A stretch of 32,551 bases of DNA, from positions 207,019-239,569 of the forward strand of contig CBFGKC010000002.1 of NCBI GenBank assembly GCA_965649265.1, written 5' to 3'. Positions 26,542-32,551 of this stretch are shown here, one piece after another; within the stretch, counting starts at the first letter, position 1; each line of letters opens with the position of its first letter. Source of the stretch: a candidate division WOR-3 bacterium (GTDB lineage: Bacteria > Hydrothermota > Tepidihabitantia > B3-TA06). Made by a program: the position numbers and the translations under genes. The notes beneath the pieces were generated by a model. It was not told the DNA's origin, did no database searches, and saw only the letters and a program-made list of their open reading frames with translations.

Positions 26542-27823
26542 ACTCCTTTTCCAAGGAACCCAGGAGAGAACGATACCCCCTGACCTTTAAAGTCACACTC
26601 TGTTCTTTTTCAATCCTCTCCAGAACTTCTCCCGCTTCATAGAATTTGTGCTCCCACTGGGGCATTGCGTGCGGAATGGTAACGGAAACCTCAAGCAACA
26701 CTTTAGAGATAAGCTCCTGGATTCTTATGGAGAGAGATTCCAGCCCCTCGCGGTTGAGAGCGGATATGAATACGCACCCTTCATATTTCCTTGCAAGTTT
26801 CTCCCTGACCTGCTCTTCAAAAAGAAGATCCGCTTTGTTGAAGACCACGATTTTCTGGACTGAATCGGCACCCAGTTCTTCAAGAAGCCGTTCGACCACC
26901 TCGATTTTATCCTGGAGCTGACGATCGCTTGCATCGACTACGTGAAGAATTATATCGGCATCCGAGATCTCCTTCAATGTCGCACGGAAGGAAGCAATGA
27001 GTTGGGTCGGCAGACTCCTTATGAACCCGACAGTATCCGTCAGTATGACCGGGACGTTCTCGGATAATTCGAATGAACGCGTGGCCGAATCAAGCGTCGA
27101 GAAAAGCATGGGGGAAACGAGATTGTCGCCACCTGAAAGGGCGTTGAGGAGCGTGGATTTTCCGGCGTTGGTGTAGCCAGCCATGGTTATCGTCAAAAGG
27201 CGTTTGCGGCGTTTTCTCTGGGTCGCACGTTCGCGCTCGATGTGAATTAGTTCACGTTTAAGCCTCGTTATCCGATCCTTTATTCGCCTGCGGTCCACCT
27301 CGAGCTTTGTTTCGCCGGGTCCCCTGGTTCCGATGCCGACGGCTCTTCCCCCCAAAGCACCCGAACGTCCGCCAAGCCTTGAGAGATCTTTTCCCCATCC
27401 CACAAGTTTGGTGTAGTTATACTCGAGTTGTGCAAGTTCTACCTGGGTCTTCGCCTCTGCGCTGCGCGCGTGCAGGGCGAAAATATCGAGGATCAATGCG
27501 GTTCTGTCTATCGTTCTTCGCCCGAGTGACTCCTCAATAACCCTCAGCTGCATGGGCGTGAGGGTGTTGTCGAAAACCACGAGATCGATCTCAAGCTGTA
27601 CCGCTATAGCACGAATGTAGTCGAGCTTCCCTTTGCCCACAAACGTTCTGGAATCGGGCTTTTCCCTTATCTGAAGTATCTTTTCGACGACCTCCCCCCC
27701 CGAAGTCTCCGTAAGCGCGGAGAGTTCTTCAAGACTGTCTATGGCCTCCCAGCGCTCGCGGTTATCGAACGCGACGGCTACAAGAAGAACTCTTTCAGCG
27801 CTTTTGGGTTCTTGTAAGGACAT
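26510..27823 (-). CDS. hflX: GTPase HflX
   Basis: LILDIFA, QVELAQL, GTRGPGETKLE, GYTNAGKS, FSTLD, DTVGFI, NKAD. Confidence 0.97.
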   Translation of the reverse strand: MSLQEPKSAERVLLVAVAFDNRERWEAIDSLEELSALTETSGGEVVEKILQIREKPDSRTFVGKGKLDYIRAIAVQLEIDLVVFDNTLTPMQLRVIEESLGRRTIDRTALILDIFALHARSAEAKTQVELAQLEYNYTKLVGWGKDLSRLGGRSGALGGRAVGIGTRGPGETKLEVDRRRIKDRITRLKRELIHIERERATQRKRRKRLLTITMAGYTNAGKSTLLNALSGGDNLVSPMLFSTLDSATRSFELSENVPVILTDTVGFIRSLPTQLIASFRATLKEISDADIILHVVDASDRQLQDKIEVVERLLEELGADSVQKIVVFNKADLLFEEQVREKLARKYEGCVFISALNREGLESLSIRIQELISKVLLEVSVTIPHAMPQWEHKFYEAGEVLERIEKEQSVTLKVRGYRSLLGSLEKEFRSSLQDAGT

Positions 27824-28391
27824 ATACGAAACGGTGAATTACGGTAAAGGTGGTTCCAGCGAGCAGGAATAAAATTACCCAGCGCATGTATTGAGGAATT
27901 ATTACGAGCGATGCGCCGAGTATCGTGATACGCAGTGCCCTGTCGAATATCCCGACCTTGCATGGAATCCCCACGCCCTCGGCCCTTGCACGGATGTAGC
28001 TCACGGCAAGACTAGTGAAGAGGAGCGCGAACAGCAGTATAGAATCCAGTCCGGACAGATCCATGAAGAGTAAAATTCCTAAAAACACGACGAACTCCGA
28101 CAACCTGTCGAGCACAGAGTCGAGGAAAGCGCCCTTTGCAGACTCCTTACCCTGGGCCCTGGCCACCTCGCCGTCAATTGTATCCCAGATCGCTGCGAAA
28201 AGCATAACGGCACCCGCCCCCCGAATCCAGCCGCGGTACATGAACACTACAGAAAGAAGAGTAAAGAGAATGCCCAGAAGCGACACCGCCCATGGTGGGG
28301 TTCCGAGTCTTACAAAAAAACGCACCACTGGTGATACGAGCCACCGGAATCCCCTGTAAATCTTATCTTGTATTCCCTGAAACCAGGACAA
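27795..28391 (-). CDS. CDP-alcohol phosphatidyltransferase (PI-phosphate synthase-like subfamily)
   Basis: Signature DTIDGEVAR-x7-GAFLDSVLDR; SYIRARAEGVG..C.VG..DR. Confidence 0.9.
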   Translation of the reverse strand: MSWFQGIQDKIYRGFRWLVSPVVRFFVRLGTPPWAVSLLGILFTLLSVVFMYRGWIRGAGAVMLFAAIWDTIDGEVARAQGKESAKGAFLDSVLDRLSEFVVFLGILLFMDLSGLDSILLFALLFTSLAVSYIRARAEGVGIPCKVGIFDRALRITILGASLVIIPQYMRWVILFLLAGTTFTVIHRFVYVLTRTQKR

Positions 28392-29049
28392 CGAATTCTC
28401 CTTTCATGGTCAAGTCTTTAAGCACTTCTTCGTATTCTGAAAGATCCAAGCGTATGACTTCCTCGAATTTCTTAGTCAATTCGCGCGCCAGAACCACCAG
28501 GCGTTCAGGACCGAGAACGAATGCCAGATCCGACAGTGTCTCTGACAGACGACGCGCCGTTTCGTAAATGATTATCGTTCCACGCTCTTCCTTGAAAGTA
28601 GCTATCTCCTTGCGCCGCCTGGCAGAACGCCTGGGCAGGAAACCTATGAAGAGGAAACGATCGGTAGGAAGACCGGATATCACGAGTGCCGAAAGCATGG
28701 CCGACGCACCCGGCACAGGCGTCACCGGTATATCTTGCTTGATGGCCGCCCTCACAAGGTAGAAGCCCGGGTCGGAAATCCCGGGTGTTCCGGCGTCTGA
28801 TACGAGAGCGAGGCTCCTGCCGCTTCGAAGCATCGAACAGAGCCCTGGCGTTCGCGATTCCTTGTTGATATCCGAGAAGGAGACGAGCGGTTTGTGGATG
28901 TCGTAATGAGCAAGCAGCCCTCTCGTGTGGCGGGTGTCCTCGCAAACTATCTCATCGACCGATTTCAACGTCTCCAGAGCACGCAGACTTATGTCGGCCA
29001 TGTTTCCTATCGGCGTGCTGACTACGTACAAAGTTCCGCGAGTGATCAA
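28363..29049 (-). CDS. rsmI: 16S rRNA (cytidine1402-2'-O)-methyltransferase
   Basis: LYVVSTPIGN, CEDTR, VSDAGTPGISDPG, PVPGASA, ARELTKKFEE. Confidence 0.96.
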   Translation of the reverse strand: MITRGTLYVVSTPIGNMADISLRALETLKSVDEIVCEDTRHTRGLLAHYDIHKPLVSFSDINKESRTPGLCSMLRSGRSLALVSDAGTPGISDPGFYLVRAAIKQDIPVTPVPGASAMLSALVISGLPTDRFLFIGFLPRRSARRRKEIATFKEERGTIIIYETARRLSETLSDLAFVLGPERLVVLARELTKKFEEVIRLDLSEYEEVLKDLTMKGEFVVLVSGNTR

Positions 29050-29999
29050 AAGATTTGTTCTTTAATGAATTCGAAGAATTTGAGATTGTTCAACGCAAAG
29101 CGGTAATCCTGCAGCGCCTTGCGAAAAACCGTGATGTGCCTTCCCCCTGAGATCGTTGAGAGCGACTCGGCCAGCATGTTAAAGAAACCCGCGAACCCGC
29201 GAACTAGGGTATCGGCATCAACCTTGGGTTCACCGGCTATCTTCGCATCGTCGTTTATTGCCACATCGTTGAAGAAAGCATACTCCTTCGCGATTCCCTT
29301 AACGGAAATCTCCGCTATCTTCTTTACTATGTTGCGGCCGAGAATCGCCGAGAACTCTTCCAGCACGCGGTTGGCCGAGGTAATAAGCAGTTCCATCTGC
29401 GCCGAAGTCGCGTAAGCCGCCTCCTCCGGTATCTGGCGAAGTATCTTTATGCTCAACTCCGCCGCGCCCTCGTTGACGTAGCGAAGGAAATCGTCCTTCG
29501 TCTTTGCGCCGGATGATAAATAGACGAGAGTGATTTCTCCCTCGCTCATGAGGGCGTATGATTTCTCGCTGCGCCGCGTCACGACAAGGATTCCCGAAAA
29601 ATGCTGCACCGAAAGATCCCTTAAAAGGTTTGCCGGTGGTACGGAGCGCCCGTCGACCTCGCGCACAACGTTATCGTCCTTAAGTCCCGCCGCTATCATT
29701 GCAAGAAGTTGATCCTCAACAAATGCCACGTTGACGATGGAGGATTCGGTATGCTTGATTTTGTCCTCAACTTCCTTGAGGCTTACCTCGACGGTAGGCC
29801 TGTTGTTGGCGGTTCTGAGTATCTTTGCAAGCTCGCCGCGCTGCACGAGCAATATATCAAAGGTGTCGGGATAATCTATAGTGACGTAGAACGATCGCTT
29901 GTAGGCCCTGTCTCGCTTTGCAATATGCAGAACCCCTTCAAGGTCAACGAATTCCGCCCGCAGCGAAAAGAGAATCAGTTTCTCTTTAGGAAATTTCAT
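29046..29999 (-). CDS. Hypothetical protein, possibly with PATAN/DUF4388-like domain(s)
   Basis: 317-aa ORF with 4-bp overlaps to both neighbours; segment [16 protein letters not shown]...[10 protein letters not shown] resembles that family (weak). Confidence 0.7.
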   Translation of the reverse strand: MKFPKEKLILFSLRAEFVDLEGVLHIAKRDRAYKRSFYVTIDYPDTFDILLVQRGELAKILRTANNRPTVEVSLKEVEDKIKHTESSIVNVAFVEDQLLAMIAAGLKDDNVVREVDGRSVPPANLLRDLSVQHFSGILVVTRRSEKSYALMSEGEITLVYLSSGAKTKDDFLRYVNEGAAELSIKILRQIPEEAAYATSAQMELLITSANRVLEEFSAILGRNIVKKIAEISVKGIAKEYAFFNDVAINDDAKIAGEPKVDADTLVRGFAGFFNMLAESLSTISGGRHITVFRKALQDYRFALNNLKFFEFIKEQIF

Positions 30000-32386
30000 T
30001 TGTCCTCTTTTTCAAAAACGAGCTTGCCGTCAGAAAGTTTAATAGTATAAGCAACTCCTTGTCTATCCTTAATAATAAGCCGCGCGAGAGGATTTGCAAC
30101 CAGCCTTTCGACAGTCCTCTTCAACGGTCTTGCCCCGAAACGCGGATCGAATCCCTCTCTTATGAGAAGTTCCTTTGCTTCGTTCGAGAAATTCACTTTG
30201 ATTCCCTGCTCGGCGAGTCTTGAGGAAAGCCGCTCGAGCTGCATATCGACTATGTGCCGCATGTGTTCGATGCTGAGCGGCTTGAATACCACGATATCGT
30301 CAATCCTGTTCAGGAACTCCGGCCTGAAATTGGCGGCAAGATGTCTGTCCAGCACTTCTTTTGAGAGCTGGCCGCCCGAGTCGATGATCTCCTGAGAGGC
30401 AATATTGGATGTCATTATGATCACGGTGCTTTTGAAGTCAACAGTGCGTCCCTGGCCGTCCGTCAGTCTGCCGTCATCAAGAAGCTGAAGGAGGATATTG
30501 AAAACCTGAGGGTTCGCCTTTTCAATCTCGTCGAGAAGGATTATCTGGTAAGGCCTGCGCCGAACCGCCTCAGTGAGTTGCCCCCCCTCCTCGTAGCCTA
30601 CGTACCCCGGGGGCGCTCCGACGAGTCGTGCAACCGAGTGCTTCTCGGAGTACTCGCTCATGTCAATCCGCAGCATAGCCTGCTCGTCGTCGAACAGGAA
30701 CCATGCCAGGCTCCGCGCGAGTTCGGTTTTTCCCACACCCGTGGGACCGAGAAAGAGAAATGAACCCGTGGGTCTTTGCGGATCGGAAAGTCCCGAGCGG
30801 GAGCGTCTGATGGCGTCCGAGACGGCGCGAACGGCCTCATCCTGATCGATGAGCCGCTCGTGGATTCTTTCTTCCATGTTGAGCAGTTTGTCCCGCTCAC
30901 CTTCGAGCATACTTGCTACAGGTATGCCTGTCCAGCGGGATATGGTCTCAGCGATGTGTTTCGGTTCGAGTGAGGATTCTATGCCCTTCTCCTTGAAGTA
31001 GGCGTTGCGCTCGCGCACGAAGTCGGCCTGAATCCTGTCGGCTTCCTCCTTGAGCTTCGCCGCGCGCGAGTAGTTCTGAGTCTTCACGGCCTCCTGGCCC
31101 TCGCGGGTAAGCTCCTCGAGCCGGCGTTCCTTTTCGCGAATCTCGGGGGGGAGGGAGTACTTGTCCAGCTTGAGGTGTGCGGCCGTTTCGTCGAGAAGGT
31201 CAATAGCCTTGTCAGGCAGATTGCGTCCGGTGATGTATCGTGCCGAAAGCGTTGCCGCGGCCTCGAGTGATGCGTCCGAGATTTTTATGCCGTGGTGAGC
31301 CTCGTACCGGTCGCGAAGACGACGGAGAATTTCTATCGTTTCTTCGACGGTAGGCTCGTCGACGTAAATGGGCTGGAAGCGGCGCTCGAGCGCGCCGTCC
31401 TTCTCGATATTCTCGCGGTACTCCTTGAGCGTGGTAGCACCCACGCACTGAATCTCACCGCGCGAAAGTGCGGGTTTCAGAAGATTGGATGCGTCGAGCG
31501 CGCCCTCGGCCGCACCGGCGCCGACTATGGTGTGCATTTCATCGATGAAAAGTATCACGCTGCCGCGGCTTTGCTTTAACTCTGAGAGTACGGCCTTGAG
31601 ACGCTCCTCGAACTCACCGCGGAATTTGGTGCCCGCCACGAGCTGTCCCATGTCGAGGGCGAGAACTTTTGAGTGCCGGAGCACCTCGGGCACGTCGCCT
31701 GAAACTATCTTCTGGGCAAGCCCCTCGACTATTGCCGTCTTGCCTACGCCCGGTTCGCCAATGAGCGCGGGGTTGTTCTTGGTGCGCCGCGACAAAATCT
31801 CTATCACCCTTCGAATCTCATCGTCCCTGCCTATGACGGGGTCGAGCTTACCCTCCTTAGCGAGCGAGGTGAGGTCGCGCGTGTACTTCTTTAAGGACTG
31901 GTAATGGCTCTCGGCGTCGGGCGAATCCACGCGCTGGCTGCCGCGAATCTTCTGCAACGCCTTGTAGACCTTGTCCGTTGTCACACCGAAATCGGCAAGA
32001 AGCCTTGCGGCCAGACCCTCGCGCTCCTCAAGAAGCGCGAGAAGCAGATGCTCGGTACCAATGTATTCGTCCTTGAGGCGCGCCGCCTCCTCGGACGCCC
32101 TGTCCAGGACCCGCTTGAGCCGCGGGGCAAGGTATACCTGCTCGGTTCCTCCGCCCGCGCCCAGAACCTTGGGCAGATTGTCCAGTTCGCGCTCCAGCCG
32201 CTCGACAAAATGCTCGGCGACTATACCAATTTCTGAAAATATCTGCGGCACAACGCCCTGCTCCTGCGTAAGCAGGCCATAAAGCAGGTGATGGGTGTCG
32301 AACTCCGTATGCTGGAAGCGGGACAGGCTCTCCTGGGCCACAAGGAGCGCGTCCTGCGCCCTCTGGGTAAATTTGTCCATCCTCAT
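29996..32386 (-). CDS. Clp/Hsp100 ATPase with two AAA+ modules (ClpB/ClpC family)
   Basis: Clp N repeats; [63 protein letters not shown]; short UVR-like middle domain. Confidence 0.96.
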   Translation of the reverse strand: MRMDKFTQRAQDALLVAQESLSRFQHTEFDTHHLLYGLLTQEQGVVPQIFSEIGIVAEHFVERLERELDNLPKVLGAGGGTEQVYLAPRLKRVLDRASEEAARLKDEYIGTEHLLLALLEEREGLAARLLADFGVTTDKVYKALQKIRGSQRVDSPDAESHYQSLKKYTRDLTSLAKEGKLDPVIGRDDEIRRVIEILSRRTKNNPALIGEPGVGKTAIVEGLAQKIVSGDVPEVLRHSKVLALDMGQLVAGTKFRGEFEERLKAVLSELKQSRGSVILFIDEMHTIVGAGAAEGALDASNLLKPALSRGEIQCVGATTLKEYRENIEKDGALERRFQPIYVDEPTVEETIEILRRLRDRYEAHHGIKISDASLEAAATLSARYITGRNLPDKAIDLLDETAAHLKLDKYSLPPEIREKERRLEELTREGQEAVKTQNYSRAAKLKEEADRIQADFVRERNAYFKEKGIESSLEPKHIAETISRWTGIPVASMLEGERDKLLNMEERIHERLIDQDEAVRAVSDAIRRSRSGLSDPQRPTGSFLFLGPTGVGKTELARSLAWFLFDDEQAMLRIDMSEYSEKHSVARLVGAPPGYVGYEEGGQLTEAVRRRPYQIILLDEIEKANPQVFNILLQLLDDGRLTDGQGRTVDFKSTVIIMTSNIASQEIIDSGGQLSKEVLDRHLAANFRPEFLNRIDDIVVFKPLSIEHMRHIVDMQLERLSSRLAEQGIKVNFSNEAKELLIREGFDPRFGARPLKRTVERLVANPLARLIIKDRQGVAYTIKLSDGKLVFEKEDK

Positions 32387-32429
32387 TAGTTATCTTTTTC
32401 CATAATTTTGTAATAGCATGATAACTAAT

Positions 32430-32457
32430 AGTTTAGCGCAATACTCGGATTTGTCAA
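32430..32457 (-). promoter_or_regulatory. Promoter of the clp operon
   Basis: TTGACA-N16-TAAACT, followed by a 10-bp inverted repeat (32385-32394 / 32420-32429). Confidence 0.6.
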
Positions 32458-32551
32458 GATGGTAAACCATATAAAGACTTCAGATAGTCAACATTTATCG
32501 ATTCAAAGGAGAAGTAAGTAGCCTTTTGATTATATCGGTAATCAAAAGTGA

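Noticed and set aside
32431-32446. CIRCE element upstream of clp (TTAGCGCAATACTC)
   Set aside because: Only a partial match to one arm; no GAGTGCTAA partner at 9-nt spacing.

Overview
A 32.5-kb bacterial chromosomal segment with about 26 genes. The PorV-like barrel, two C10 peptidases with T9SS-type C-terminal domains and the short signal peptides suggest an FCB-group lineage, possibly WOR-3/TA06-like (inference). Housekeeping genes: PBP1A, endonuclease III-like glycosylase, carbamate kinase, ileS-dksA, and a clp-hyp-rsmI-CDP-alcohol transferase-hflX operon. Envelope genes: an OmpA-domain protein, several lipoproteins and an esterase-PDZ fusion. No transposase, integrase, reverse transcriptase, tRNA/rRNA or CRISPR array was seen. 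Three patterns stand out. (1) Between 5.0 and 10.5 kb, four clusters of REP-like palindromes, many with C-GAA-G triloops, include inverted pairs that tightly bracket two AT-rich genes, each with its own apparently leaderless promoter; these look like repeat-bounded cassettes. (2) Two tandem lipoproteins are built from a repeated module with conserved borders and divergent interiors, and several other genes show internal GC shifts. (3) Promoters follow a consistent TTGAC-N16-TANNNT pattern, and six sit directly against start codons (leaderless).
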